Source: a virus
Taxonomy: Duplodnaviria; Caudoviricetes
Direction: 5' to 3' (one strand)
IMG/VR virus record: IMGVR_UViG_3300032313_001579
Span: 1-53,983 of that record
Length of the DNA stretch: 53,983 bases
Positions 1 through 9,745 of this stretch are shown piece by piece. Under the pieces are notes generated by a model. The model saw only the letters and a program-made list of their open reading frames with translations, made no database searches and was not told the origin of the DNA. Both the position numbers and the translations under genes were made by a program. Each line of letters starts with the position of its first letter. Position 1 is the stretch's first letter.

Positions 1-2
1 CC

Positions 3-713
3 GAGCTAGAAGAAGCCGAAGAGCTCGACGAAGAAAGCACACACGACGAAGACGACAAGGCTGAAAAAGCCGGCGAAAAAGTCACCAAAGACATCGAGTA
101 CGATGACAAAAAAGACAAGAAAATGGACGAGTCCATGGACGAAATGATGAGTGATCAAGATCCCATCGATGCCGTTGAAGCCGAAGAAACCGGCATGGAC
201 ATGGCCGAAGCCGAGGGCGACGAAGACTTAGAAGATCGCGTGGTTGACCTGGAAGACAAGCTGGATGAACTCATGGCCGAATTTGAAGCACTCATGGGCG
301 ACAACGGCGATGATGCTGTGGGCGACAAAATGGGCGGCGACGACCTAGAAATGGACGACACAGAAACCGCAGAATTCAGCAACGGCGACGAAGAAGAATC
401 CGAAGAAGAAGTAGAAATTGGCATGATGGAAGCAGTGAATCTTGCCAAGGCTCCTGCTCCTGTAACTTCTGAACCTGCAGGCACCAATACCAAAGGTCCT
501 ATCGCCAGCAACAGCGGCGCAAAAGGTGCAGTAGCAAGTCCTGTCAAAATGACAGGTGACACAGCCCAAGGTCGCCCAGCTCCCAAAGCTGGTGAGTTGA
601 TCGGCAAAGTGCAAAACAGCGTAGGTGGCGACAAGAAAATGTCTGTTGCACCAAAGCCAGTTACAGCACAAGCCACGGGTGTAAACACAAAAACTCCCTT
701 TCCCAAGGCTTAA
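3..713 (+). CDS. Acidic prohead core/scaffold-type protein (5'-truncated by window)
   Basis: Frame is open from base 3 (ELEEAEELDEES...) into ORF 123..713. Very D/E-rich with a coiled coil (LEDRVVDLEDKLDELMAEFEALM). Lies directly upstream of the prohead protease, like T4 gp67/gp68. Confidence 0.6.
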   Translation, partial: ELEEAEELDEESTHDEDDKAEKAGEKVTKDIEYDDKKDKKMDESMDEMMSDQDPIDAVEAEETGMDMAEAEGDEDLEDRVVDLEDKLDELMAEFEALMGDNGDDAVGDKMGGDDLEMDDTETAEFSNGDEEESEEEVEIGMMEAVNLAKAPAPVTSEPAGTNTKGPIASNSGAKGAVASPVKMTGDTAQGRPAPKAGELIGKVQNSVGGDKKMSVAPKPVTAQATGVNTKTPFPKA

Positions 714-722
714 CGGGTAGAT

Positions 723-1361
723 ATGGCTCGATATCTAAGAGAACATCTAAGCTTCACTCAGGCAAGAGCAGAAATCTTGTCTGAGGAAGCCGCGGATGGC
801 TCCGGCAAGAATCTCTACCTCAAAGGCATCTGCATTGAGGGCGGAGTTCGCAACGCCAATGAACGAGTATATCCTGTGAACGAAATAGCCAAGGCTGTGG
901 ACACCGTCAACGAACAGATCAAGACTGGTCATTCAGTGCTGGGTGAAGTAGATCACCCAGAAGACTTGAAGATCAACCTGGATCGTGTGAGTCACATGAT
1001 TGAAAAAATGTGGATGGATGGTTCTGCTGGATATGGAAAATTAAAGATATTACCCACACCCATGGGTGAGCTGGTAAAAACCATGCTGACCTCGGGCGTG
1101 AAATTAGGTGTTAGCAGTCGTGGCAGCGGTAACGTCAACGACGCCAACGGACATGTCAGTGACTTTGAAATTGTCACTGTAGATGTGGTTGCTCAGCCCA
1201 GTGCTCCCAACGCATATCCCACAGCAATCTACGAAGGCCTGTTAAATCATGCCGGCGGAGCTAGACTGTTGGAAATGTTCCGGGACCCAGCCAAGAGCAA
1301 CAAAGCACAGAGATACGTTCAAAGCGAAGTAATGCGTTTGATACGTGGTCTCAAAATCTAG
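723..1361 (+). CDS. gp21: Prohead core protease (T4 gp21-like)
   Basis: Motifs RNANERVYP, LGEVDHP, RVSH, GVSSRGSG, VDVVAQPSAPNA; position before scaffold and capsid genes. Confidence 0.95.
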   Translation: MARYLREHLSFTQARAEILSEEAADGSGKNLYLKGICIEGGVRNANERVYPVNEIAKAVDTVNEQIKTGHSVLGEVDHPEDLKINLDRVSHMIEKMWMDGSAGYGKLKILPTPMGELVKTMLTSGVKLGVSSRGSGNVNDANGHVSDFEIVTVDVVAQPSAPNAYPTAIYEGLLNHAGGARLLEMFRDPAKSNKAQRYVQSEVMRLIRGLKI

Positions 1362-1372
1362 GAGAAATAAGC

Positions 1373-2473
1373 ATGTTAGATGCTATTAAACCGTTACTAG
1401 ATAGCGAACTATTAAGCGAAGAAGCTCAGCAAGAAATTACTGAGGCCTGGGAAACCAAGTTAAACGAAGCCCGCGAACAAGTGCGTGTAGAACTCCGCGA
1501 AGAGTTTGCACAACGCTATGAGCATGACAAACAAGTGATGGTGGAAGCCCTGGATCGTATGGTAACAGACGGTCTGACCGCAGAAGTCCAAGCAGTGCAA
1601 GCTGAAAAGCAAGCTCTAGCCGAAGACCGCGTCCGATTCCAAGCTCGGATCAAAGAAGATGCTACTAAGTTTAACAACTTCATGATCACCAAACTAGCTG
1701 AGGAAATTGGAGAACTGCGCAAAGATCGCAAGACACACAACGACGGAATGACCAAGTTAGAATCATTCGTTGTTCATGCTCTTGCACGCGAGATTCAAGA
1801 ATTTGCCGAAGACAAACAAGATGTGGTCAACACAAAAGTACGTCTAGTGGCCGAAGCTCGCACCAAGTTGGAACAATTGAAAGGCCGTTTCGTCACAGAA
1901 TCAGCCCGCAAAATGTCCAACGCTGTTAGCCAACATCTCCGGGCTGAACTCAGCCAACTCAAAGAAGACATCCAAGTTGCTCGCGAGAACAATTTTGGAC
2001 GCAGAATCTTTGAAGCATACGCCACTGAATTTGGCGCCACTCATCTCAATGAGAAAGCCGAAGTGCGCAAACTACATGACATCATTGCAAACAAAGATGC
2101 CAAGTTGGCCGAAGCCGTCCAGTTCACCGAGAAAGCCAAAGTTCTCGTTGAATCAAAAGAACGCGAGATCCGCATGATCAAGGAATCCAATCAACGCGAA
2201 AGCGCCATGGAAGAATTGCTGTCTCCTCTAAACGAAGAGAAGCGCGAAATCATGAAGAACTTGCTTGAAAGCGTGCAGACAAGTCGTTTGTCTAATGCTT
2301 TTGAAAAGTATCTACCAGCTGTACTAGCCGAAGGTACTGTGAAAGCCCGTAAAGTGATCACAGAAACTGTAAGCGTGGCCACTGGCGATAAATCTGCCCG
2401 CAGTCCAGATGCAGATCAAGCGGCTGACAGTGTCAGCAACGTGATCGATCTCAAGCGTTTGGCAGGGCTGTAA
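1373..2473 (+). CDS. gp22: Prohead scaffolding protein (T4 gp22-like)
   Basis: Helical E/K/A-rich coiled coil between protease and major capsid gene; SD GGAG upstream. Confidence 0.85.
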   Translation: MLDAIKPLLDSELLSEEAQQEITEAWETKLNEAREQVRVELREEFAQRYEHDKQVMVEALDRMVTDGLTAEVQAVQAEKQALAEDRVRFQARIKEDATKFNNFMITKLAEEIGELRKDRKTHNDGMTKLESFVVHALAREIQEFAEDKQDVVNTKVRLVAEARTKLEQLKGRFVTESARKMSNAVSQHLRAELSQLKEDIQVARENNFGRRIFEAYATEFGATHLNEKAEVRKLHDIIANKDAKLAEAVQFTEKAKVLVESKEREIRMIKESNQRESAMEELLSPLNEEKREIMKNLLESVQTSRLSNAFEKYLPAVLAEGTVKARKVITETVSVATGDKSARSPDADQAADSVSNVIDLKRLAGL

Positions 2474-2501
2474 CCCAAGACATAAAAATAAGGAGACTTA
2501 A

Positions 2502-3698
2502 ATGTCACAAGAATTATTAGAAGGCCGTTGGGACGAAACCAAAGACGCACTCTTGGAAGGTTTATCCGGATCCAAGCGTAGCTCAATGAGTGTAATCCTT
2601 GAAAATACCAAGAAGTACTTGCGTGAGAACGCTTCTTCTGGTTCCACAGTATCTGGTAACATCGCCACATTAAACCGTGTGATTCTGCCAGTGATCCGTC
2701 GTGTAATGCCAACTGTTATTGCTAACGAGTTGGTTGGTGTTCAGCCAATGACAGGTCCTGTTGGTCAAATCCACACATTACGTGTGCGTTATGCCCAGAG
2801 CTTGACAGACAGCAGTGCAGCTAGCACCAGCGTAACAGCTGGTCAAGAAGCATTGAGCCCATTCACAATTGCTACAGCGTACTCCACAGTTCCAACAGCT
2901 CAAACAACAGCTACTGGTTACACTGGTAACAACACAGCAAACATGGAAGGCACAGGCGGTAAGCAAATTTCCGTGCAGATCTTGAAACAAGCTGTTGAAG
3001 CTAAGACACGCAAGTTACAAGCTCGTTGGACATTTGAATCTGCACAAGACGCACAAGCCATGCATGGCATTGACGTTGAAGCAGAGATCATGGCTGCTCT
3101 TGCACAAGAGATCACAGCTGAGATTGACCAAGAAATCCTGTTGAGCTTGAGCACATTGGCTGCTACAGAGTTTACATACAACCAAGCTACTGTGTCTGGT
3201 ACAGCAACATTCGTTGGTGATGAGCATGCCGCTTTGGCAGTGTTGATCAACCGCGTTGCTAACTTGATCGCTCAGCGTACACGTCGTGGCGCTGGTAACT
3301 TTGCTGTTGTATCTCCAGCATCTTTAACAGTATTGCAATCTGCAACAACTTCAGCTTTTGCTAGAACTACAGAAGGCACATTTGAAGCACCTACAAACAC
3401 CAAGTTTGTTGGTACACTCAATGGCGCAATGCGTGTGTTCTGCAACAGCTACGCCGCAGACACAGCTAGTGTGTTGGTAGGTTATAAAGGCACAAGCGAG
3501 GCAGATGCTGCCGCGTTCTATTGCCCATATATTCCTTTAATGAGCAGCGGTGTTGTTCTTGATCCATCAACATTCGAACCAGTCGTATCATTCATGACAC
3601 GTTATGGCTTCGTTGAATTGACCAACACAGCAAGTTCGTTTGGTAACGCTGCCGACTATGTCGGAGAGATTGCCGTACAAAACTTGTCATTCTCCTAA
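2502..3698 (+). CDS. gp23: Major capsid protein (T4 gp23-like)
   Basis: Motifs LPVIRRVMP, ELVGVQPMTGPVGQI, AKTRKLQARWTFE, AEIDQEIL, FYCPYIPL, MTRYG; strong SD TAAGGAG. Confidence 0.97.
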   Translation: MSQELLEGRWDETKDALLEGLSGSKRSSMSVILENTKKYLRENASSGSTVSGNIATLNRVILPVIRRVMPTVIANELVGVQPMTGPVGQIHTLRVRYAQSLTDSSAASTSVTAGQEALSPFTIATAYSTVPTAQTTATGYTGNNTANMEGTGGKQISVQILKQAVEAKTRKLQARWTFESAQDAQAMHGIDVEAEIMAALAQEITAEIDQEILLSLSTLAATEFTYNQATVSGTATFVGDEHAALAVLINRVANLIAQRTRRGAGNFAVVSPASLTVLQSATTSAFARTTEGTFEAPTNTKFVGTLNGAMRVFCNSYAADTASVLVGYKGTSEADAAAFYCPYIPLMSSGVVLDPSTFEPVVSFMTRYGFVELTNTASSFGNAADYVGEIAVQNLSFS

Positions 3699-3741
3699 TC
3701 AGAGAACGCAGTTTATTTTCTCAGGGATGGGAAGAAGCAAG

Positions 3742-3766
3742 AAAACCACTGCAAAGTGGTTTTTTT
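3742..3766. terminator. Bidirectional intrinsic terminator
   Basis: AAAACCACT-GCAA-AGTGGTTTTTTT between the convergent gp23 and TPR-GT genes. Confidence 0.85.
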
Positions 3767-3770
3767 GTGA

Positions 3771-4919
3771 CTAAATTTTGAACCAGCTCAAGTATTGATG
3801 TATTTTATCGGTCACTGTCGACCAGTCGCCCATGCTGGGTTGACGGAACAATCGAGCACTTGGATACCAAGGATTTGAATCACGTGCCAGCAACCAGCGC
3901 CAGTCAGTGCCATACCAGTTGAGTGGTATCCAGGTGGGTCTTCCAAGAGCACCCGACAGGTGTGCCACAGCAGTATCCACGCTAATCACAACGTCCATGT
4001 GATGTATCAAGGCTGCCGAATCAGCAAAATTGTTCACCAGGCCTGGAAAATGTTGGACTCCTTGTTGAGTCAACTGTTGGGCTTGCTCGTTTGAGCATTC
4101 TACCTGCAGGTTGATCCATTCATAGTCGGGGTTGCGCTTTATCAAATCCAGCATGACTTCAAATGGCATGGCCTTGTGGCGATTGATCCAGGAGTCAGGA
4201 CGGCCCGACCAACAAAAGCCCACACGCAGACGTTTTTTAAAACCCAAGCGATCTTGCCACACCCGTGCCAGATCTGCTCTCGCGGACAGATACTGCAATT
4301 GATGCGGTAGATTGTCCAAGGTCACACCCTGGATTCCGGGTATGCTCATTATGGGAGTCCAATAATCAAATCCTTCGGGAGTATCTTTGACATCGACAAT
4401 TTGGTGTATCACAGGACTGCCTGCAAACAACGGCGCCAGATTGTCGTTGACCTGCAGGATCACTCTAGCTCCGGCACTGTGCAAGCCAAACACAAATCGC
4501 ACAAACTGTATGGTGTCGCCCAGACCCTGTTCCTGTATGACCAGGATAGTTTTGTCTCGTAGATCTTGACCGGTCCAGCGTGGCTGACTGTGACCAGGCA
4601 AAGTGCCAGCTAGATGTTCAAACTGCCAACGATGTTCGTACTGTGGCCAGCCACGAGCGTAGTCACCACTCAACAACAAGGCCACGGCCAGGTTGAAGTT
4701 GGGTGTGGCGGCTGTGGGTACCAACTGCACGCTTCTCTGCAAAAATGGTATGGCTGCCTCAGGCTCGCCTATTTCTCTCAACACATTGCCATAGTTGTTG
4801 AAGGCCGATGCCGAATTACGATCCTGTGTAAGAGCTTGAGCATAATTTTTCAAAGCACCTTCGGGGTCATTTGCTTCTCTGCAGGCATTTCCTGCTGCAA
4901 TAAGTTCTTCTGTGTTCAT
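3771..4919 (-). CDS. TPR-containing GT-B glycosyltransferase (GT9-like/FlmG-like architecture)
   Basis: N-terminal TPRs (AFNNYGNVLREIGEPEAAIPFLQRSVQL, FNLAVALLLSGDYARGW), then EQGLGDTIQF, VGFCWSG, DVVISVDTAVAHLSGALGRPTW, DWRW. Confidence 0.85.
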   Translation of the reverse strand: MNTEELIAAGNACREANDPEGALKNYAQALTQDRNSASAFNNYGNVLREIGEPEAAIPFLQRSVQLVPTAATPNFNLAVALLLSGDYARGWPQYEHRWQFEHLAGTLPGHSQPRWTGQDLRDKTILVIQEQGLGDTIQFVRFVFGLHSAGARVILQVNDNLAPLFAGSPVIHQIVDVKDTPEGFDYWTPIMSIPGIQGVTLDNLPHQLQYLSARADLARVWQDRLGFKKRLRVGFCWSGRPDSWINRHKAMPFEVMLDLIKRNPDYEWINLQVECSNEQAQQLTQQGVQHFPGLVNNFADSAALIHHMDVVISVDTAVAHLSGALGRPTWIPLNWYGTDWRWLLARDSNPWYPSARLFRQPSMGDWSTVTDKIHQYLSWFKI

Positions 4920-4924
4920 GGCAA

Positions 4925-4975
4925 TATTTAAGAAATGTTGGCGTACAGGTTATATTTTGTACAAGGACATAAATA
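4925..4975. promoter_or_regulatory. Divergent pair of T4-type late promoters (TAAATA)
   Basis: TAAATA on minus at 4925-4930 (5 nt before the TPR-GT ATG) and on plus at 4970-4975. Confidence 0.75.
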
Positions 4976-4980
4976 CTTGT

Positions 4981-5060
4981 CAACGCAATCCTGCGTTTTA
5001 TGCGGTGATTAATCCCACCGCGTAGCGGCTAGAACCCGCATTGGGCTTCTTTAAGGAGAA
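4981..5060 (+). ncRNA. Candidate structured cis-regulatory 5' leader RNA
   Basis: Three abutting hairpins (4982-4997, 4999-5024, 5025-5039) start right after the late promoter and end just before the SD TAAGGAG. Confidence 0.5.
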
Positions 5061-5067
5061 AACAAAA

Positions 5068-5814
5068 ATGGGACGTCCTCTCAAAATTCAAAAACTTTCT
5101 ACAGGTTCTGGTAATTCAGGTGCCTCGGTCTCAGTTGATCTGGCATATCCAAACTTTGGTAGTTTAACCAATCCGGTGTTCAACTCACCAGTACAGACTC
5201 TCAACAACAACCAGTATCTGGGCGTGGTTGGTGGTGCAGCACCCACAGACACACCTTCGGTTACCAATCCTCGGGTTGATGTTATAGTCAACATAGCCCA
5301 GCCTGACGGTTCGGGCCTTGGTGTGGCACAGGGCTATATCATACGCCAAAAAGGCGCACACAAGTATCTAGTGGGCGATGTCACCGGAGTTGTTGGCGGC
5401 GCATTTGTGGTTGGCCAGGCCTATCAGATTGTGTCCCTAGGCACCACCGACTGGGAATCTGCCGGCGCAGGTGCAAACTATGCAGTTGGACTGGTGTTCA
5501 CTGCCACCACAGTAGGCGACGGCGACGGCACTGCCAACTCAGTGGGTGTTTGTGTCTTGGACAATGATGTCACACCAGCAGTTGGACTCATGGCCATCAC
5601 ATTCACACAGACTGATAGCACAGCAGTACCACTCAGCAAGCTCACAAATAAGTTCTTGCTGGACTGGACCGGCGGCAGCACCTACGCAGCCGATCAAGTC
5701 GTCAACGATGTGCGCATAGTAGCCAACTTCTTTACCGACGAAGGCACCGTGATCAAATCTGGTACAGCGCAACAAACAGTAACCTTGGCCATAGTGGACA
5801 ATGTAACGTCCTAA
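5068..5814 (+). CDS. Putative virion structural/decoration protein
   Basis: ATG at 5068 (MGRPLKIQK) follows SD TAAGGAG, preferred over the TTG at 5041. G/T/V-rich beta-type composition; late promoter upstream. Confidence 0.6.
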   Translation: MGRPLKIQKLSTGSGNSGASVSVDLAYPNFGSLTNPVFNSPVQTLNNNQYLGVVGGAAPTDTPSVTNPRVDVIVNIAQPDGSGLGVAQGYIIRQKGAHKYLVGDVTGVVGGAFVVGQAYQIVSLGTTDWESAGAGANYAVGLVFTATTVGDGDGTANSVGVCVLDNDVTPAVGLMAITFTQTDSTAVPLSKLTNKFLLDWTGGSTYAADQVVNDVRIVANFFTDEGTVIKSGTAQQTVTLAIVDNVTS

Positions 5815-5830
5815 TTTTGCCAGCATCAGG

Positions 5831-5863
5831 ATCCTCACAGCTACATACTGTGGGGATTTTTTT
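5831..5863 (+). terminator. Intrinsic terminator-like hairpin abutting the next start codon
   Basis: ATCCTCACAG-CTACATA-CTGTGGGGAT followed by T6, then ATG at 5864. Confidence 0.75.
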
Positions 5864-6451
5864 ATGACTCAAGCATTCGTATTGGGCAACGGCGTCAGTC
5901 GTCGAGACATTGATCTAGTAGATCTAGCCCGGTACGGCCGCATTTACGGATGCAACGCCCTGTACCGAGAACACACACCCGATGTGTTGGTCTCGACTGA
6001 CAGGCCCATAGCCGAACACATACAAAAAAGTGGTTACAGTGCCCAACACGAGTTTTACACCCGCAGACCCTTGCCCGGACTGGGTGCTCAAACTGTGCCC
6101 AAGCCCTATTTTGGCTACAGCTCTGGACCCATAGCCTTGGCCCTAGCAGCCATGCAAGGCAACAACTTGATCTACATGCTGGGCTATGATATGGGACCCA
6201 GCGCCTCAAAAACCATCAATAATTTGTATGCTGGCACAGAATTCTACAAACCCGTCACAGCCGCACCCACTTTTACCGGCAATTGGCTCAAACAACTGAT
6301 TTGCGTAATGACAGACCACAACAACACACAGTTTGTTCGAGTCACCGGTTCTACCACTGCACGCCTGGCCGAACTAGAAAGTATACGCAATCTAGAGCAT
6401 CTTGATTTGCACATGTTCTTGGACCGCATAAATAAGGCAAAGGATCTGTGA
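5864..6451 (+). CDS. Maf/MptE(DUF115)-like glycosyltransferase-fold protein
   Basis: AFVLGNGVSR, IYGCNALYR, PDVLVSTD, SSGPIALALA, IYMLGYD motifs. Confidence 0.65.
   Translation: MTQAFVLGNGVSRRDIDLVDLARYGRIYGCNALYREHTPDVLVSTDRPIAEHIQKSGYSAQHEFYTRRPLPGLGAQTVPKPYFGYSSGPIALALAAMQGNNLIYMLGYDMGPSASKTINNLYAGTEFYKPVTAAPTFTGNWLKQLICVMTDHNNTQFVRVTGSTTARLAELESIRNLEHLDLHMFLDRINKAKDL
6429..6434 (+). promoter_or_regulatory. Late promoter TAAATA
   Basis: Box 17 nt upstream of the ATG at 6452. Confidence 0.65.
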
Positions 6452-7051
6452 ATGGCAACCTACAAGAATATCAGCAGTGATTGGTACATTTCCGTGGACA
6501 ACGGAGTGGGCACAATCTATATTGACGGCAATCTAGACGTCTCTGGTAACATTACCTACGTCAGTGAAATTGCGGTCAACGATGCATTCATTATCGTAGC
6601 CGCCAACAATACCGGCACGGTCAATGACATGGGTCTGGTGGCCACCAAAATTGCCAACTCATCCTACGCAGGATTGAGATTTGATGTCACCGCTAATGCC
6701 TGGCAAATTTCCAGCAGTGTGTCTGCCAACGGTGCGCCCATTGCTTCCTATTCCAACATAGCCACTGGCAATGCCACGGTAGGCGGAGCCAACACTCAGA
6801 TACAGTTCAACGATGGCGGCGCTTTTGGTGCCACAGCCAATCTGACTTTTAACAAGAGTACCAATCGTTTGACCTTGACTGGACACCAGGCCTTGGCCAA
6901 TGTGGCTACTCCGGCCAATGTGGCAAATGCCGTGGTCATCTTCAGCAATGCTGTCAGTGCCGGTGGCACAGGCCTGTATTTTACCAGCGCAGCTGCCGCA
7001 GACGAACTGGTCAGCAAAAGCAAGGCCATAGTATTTTCAATCATATTTTAA
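6452..7051 (+). CDS. Virion structural/fibre-associated protein
   Basis: A/N/T/G-rich; contains the GGANTQIQFNDGG module shared with the long fibre genes. Confidence 0.65.
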   Translation: MATYKNISSDWYISVDNGVGTIYIDGNLDVSGNITYVSEIAVNDAFIIVAANNTGTVNDMGLVATKIANSSYAGLRFDVTANAWQISSSVSANGAPIASYSNIATGNATVGGANTQIQFNDGGAFGATANLTFNKSTNRLTLTGHQALANVATPANVANAVVIFSNAVSAGGTGLYFTSAAAADELVSKSKAIVFSIIF

Positions 7052-7060
7052 GGAACAACA

Positions 7061-7372
7061 ATGACCATTCAAATAGCCAACGTGACCACAGCCGGTAATA
7101 CAGTTTACACCAGCTCGGGCAACACAGCCATAACATTTCTCAGCATTTGTAACTTTGCCAATGCCACCTGCACAGCCAACGTGTTTGTTGTGCCATCGGG
7201 CGGCACGGCTGGCAACACCAACATAGTGTTGGCAACTCTAGAGCTCACAGGTTTAGAAACATATCAATTGTATGCTGGCGGTGAAAAATTACTGTTGAAC
7301 AACGGAGATTTTGTTAATGTGCAGGCCAATGCCAACACAGTGACCACGGTCACCAGTTACACCACGATCTAA
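7061..7372 (+). CDS. Small virion structural protein
   Basis: 103-aa beta-sandwich-like T/N-rich ORF with SD TAAGGA. Confidence 0.6.
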   Translation: MTIQIANVTTAGNTVYTSSGNTAITFLSICNFANATCTANVFVVPSGGTAGNTNIVLATLELTGLETYQLYAGGEKLLLNNGDFVNVQANANTVTTVTSYTTI

Positions 7373-7770
7373 TGGGATATTATGTAAAAAATCGTCGCTT
7401 GCAAAGCGGCAGTACCGGAGTGCGCCTGCCGGTGGGCTCGGCCAGCGATCGTCCCGAATATCCCACCTTTGGCATGATACGCTACAACACTACCTCGGCT
7501 GCGGTGGAATTCTACGACGGCAGCATATGGGCCGCTCTCAGTGCCGCTGGCGCAATTAGCTACACAGTTGACGACTTTAATGCTGACGGCAGCACCGTGA
7601 CGTTTACCATGAGTGTAGCCGAGAGTTCTGCGACACAGATCATAGTGTTTATAGGATCAATCTATCAGGATCCGGCTACAGCCTACACTGTAGATGGTGG
7701 CTTGAATATAACCTTTACTTCAGCGCCGCCCAACGGCACAGTGATAAACGTAATACACAGCGAAACTTGA
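7372..7770 (+). CDS. Small fibre-associated structural protein
   Basis: PVGSASDRP...GMIRYNT and DGSTVTF...YQDP...FTSAPPNG modules, also found in ORFs 9745 and 10894; TAATG coupling. Confidence 0.65.
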   Translation: MGYYVKNRRLQSGSTGVRLPVGSASDRPEYPTFGMIRYNTTSAAVEFYDGSIWAALSAAGAISYTVDDFNADGSTVTFTMSVAESSATQIIVFIGSIYQDPATAYTVDGGLNITFTSAPPNGTVINVIHSET

Positions 7771-7775
7771 TCAGC

Positions 7776-7781
7776 TAAATA
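7776..7781 (+). promoter_or_regulatory. Late promoter TAAATA
   Basis: Intergenic box 20 nt before the ATG at 7802. Confidence 0.7.
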
Positions 7782-7801
7782 CCCTATACCGGGGATAATC
7801 T

Positions 7802-9745
7802 ATGGCAGTTAATTACATACAAGGACAGATTTTAGCCAACGTTCTCCAACGTGATGGCATAGATATCGCCATAGCCAATGCCAATGTGGGTATTGGCACC
7901 AACAGTCCTGTATCTAAATTAGAAGTAGCCGGCAATGTCACAGTGGGCAATATTGTAATCAGCAATGTAGGTAATATCAGTGCTGGCAATGTCAACATCA
8001 ACAACTTGGCAGGCCCAGTGGCCAACTCTGATGCCACTACAAAACTCTATGTAGATCTGGCTGTGGGCAATGTCAGCGGCAATGTTCTTGGTAATTTAAT
8101 TCAAATGGGCACCAACAGTCAGGGTGCCCTGGTCAGTAACGCTGTTACATTGACCACAACTACATCAGTTACCAACGGTATTACTTTGCTCAATCAAGTG
8201 CTGGGCAAACTTGTTCCGCCAGCGCCGCCAACTTTTCCAGCCAGTCAAAGTTTGGCAATCAGCAGTGTCAGTTCGTATCGCATGGCCAACATCACACAGG
8301 TCAACAACACAGCCAACAGTTTGACAGTGGCTGCTGGCGCAACAGTGTCCACGGCACGACGTGCGGCTACCTATGCTACCAATACCATCAGTACCGCGGG
8401 GCCAGGAGATTCTGGAACCATAAGTCTGTTCAGAAACGGCAGCAACATAGCCAATGTGACGCTGAATCCCAATGCCAGTCCCACAGCCAATGGAACCTAC
8501 AACAGCAATCTTGTGATTACCAACAACATGGATTACAACAGTGCCAATGCCAATATCACAGCAGGCTTTTGGTATGTGTTCAGCGCGGCAGTGTCAGGCA
8601 GCAACGCACCAGCCGGATGGAACGATCTGATCATAACAGATTCTGCCGCAGGCAACACCAATGTGGCCAGCTGGTATTATGATAATTCAAGTCCCAGCAC
8701 ACCCAGTTTTAGCAGCACCACCATGACTCCCCCGGGGTCAACAACATTATTATACAGCAGTACTATTCCGCATTATACCAACGTTAATCAATTTGCAATT
8801 GGCACAACAGTGGCCAACGTGTCGGGCAACATGTATCCAACATCAAACGTGCTGGCTTCCGGATCCAGCGGCGGAAGTTTTGCTGCTCCATCAAGTGTAA
8901 ACTACAATGCCAGCAACGTTGGCAGTAATATTTTAAATTCGTTTCAATCAGCAAGTCTCACCACAACTGCTAATGTGACCACTGGGTTTGGCGGCAGTGC
9001 CACTGGCCCAAGCATGTCTGTGAACAATAGTTATGCCACAGGCACACTAACATTGACCACAGCACTTGGCAACATAGTATTATATAAATCAGGCACAGCG
9101 ACTGCCATTGATGAAGGCAACATTGTGGTTACTGGTGTTGGCACCGGATCAGGCAATGCGGTGCGTATTGTAAATCCTGGCTCAGGAAACACCCCGGTCT
9201 ACACAGGCAGTGAAGCCACCTTCAACAGCCAGTCTAGCACGCTTGAAACATATGATGCCACAGTGGTTGGCAGTGGAGTACAAGGTGTACTTAAACACGA
9301 TCAAACAAACTATTCAACTGGCTATCTTCCAGCTGGGCCAAATCTAAGTGCTGGACGAACAGGCACACAATACTTTACATTTGCGTTTGTAAGAACTGCT
9401 GTGAGTAAATTTGATATTACTTATGCTGGTAACATAGCTGGTATGTGGGTAGCACTGCCCGGCAGCGTAATAGATTCTAGTTCTGGAGCCAACGGATGGA
9501 TTGACATGTCTCAAGCCTATGCTGGTAGTGGATATCCCGGAGTCAACAGTCCCGGTAACGGCAGCGACGGATGCTCGTTGGGCGGAGTTGTACAATTAAA
9601 CACCACGGTGGCCAGTACCAGTAAGACCTGCACGTTTGGTACGGTATCGAGTTCCAGTACAGCCACTAACGAAATTTATATTCGTGTAGCATTAACATCT
9701 GGTCAATCAGTAACTGGCCTCTCACTTAAGGCAGCGAGTAACTAA
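7802..9745 (+). CDS. S/T/N/G-rich virion fibre/appendage protein
   Basis: NVGIGTNSPVSKLEVAGN and DATTKLYVD fibre-type motifs; extreme S/T/N content. Confidence 0.7.
   Translation: MAVNYIQGQILANVLQRDGIDIAIANANVGIGTNSPVSKLEVAGNVTVGNIVISNVGNISAGNVNINNLAGPVANSDATTKLYVDLAVGNVSGNVLGNLIQMGTNSQGALVSNAVTLTTTTSVTNGITLLNQVLGKLVPPAPPTFPASQSLAISSVSSYRMANITQVNNTANSLTVAAGATVSTARRAATYATNTISTAGPGDSGTISLFRNGSNIANVTLNPNASPTANGTYNSNLVITNNMDYNSANANITAGFWYVFSAAVSGSNAPAGWNDLIITDSAAGNTNVASWYYDNSSPSTPSFSSTTMTPPGSTTLLYSSTIPHYTNVNQFAIGTTVANVSGNMYPTSNVLASGSSGGSFAAPSSVNYNASNVGSNILNSFQSASLTTTANVTTGFGGSATGPSMSVNNSYATGTLTLTTALGNIVLYKSGTATAIDEGNIVVTGVGTGSGNAVRIVNPGSGNTPVYTGSEATFNSQSSTLETYDATVVGSGVQGVLKHDQTNYSTGYLPAGPNLSAGRTGTQYFTFAFVRTAVSKFDITYAGNIAGMWVALPGSVIDSSSGANGWIDMSQAYAGSGYPGVNSPGNGSDGCSLGGVVQLNTTVASTSKTCTFGTVSSSSTATNEIYIRVALTSGQSVTGLSLKAASN

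Noticed and set aside
4981-5050. Structured segment as a tRNA
   Set aside because: No acceptor stem, T-loop GTTC motif or CCA end; kept only as a candidate leader RNA.
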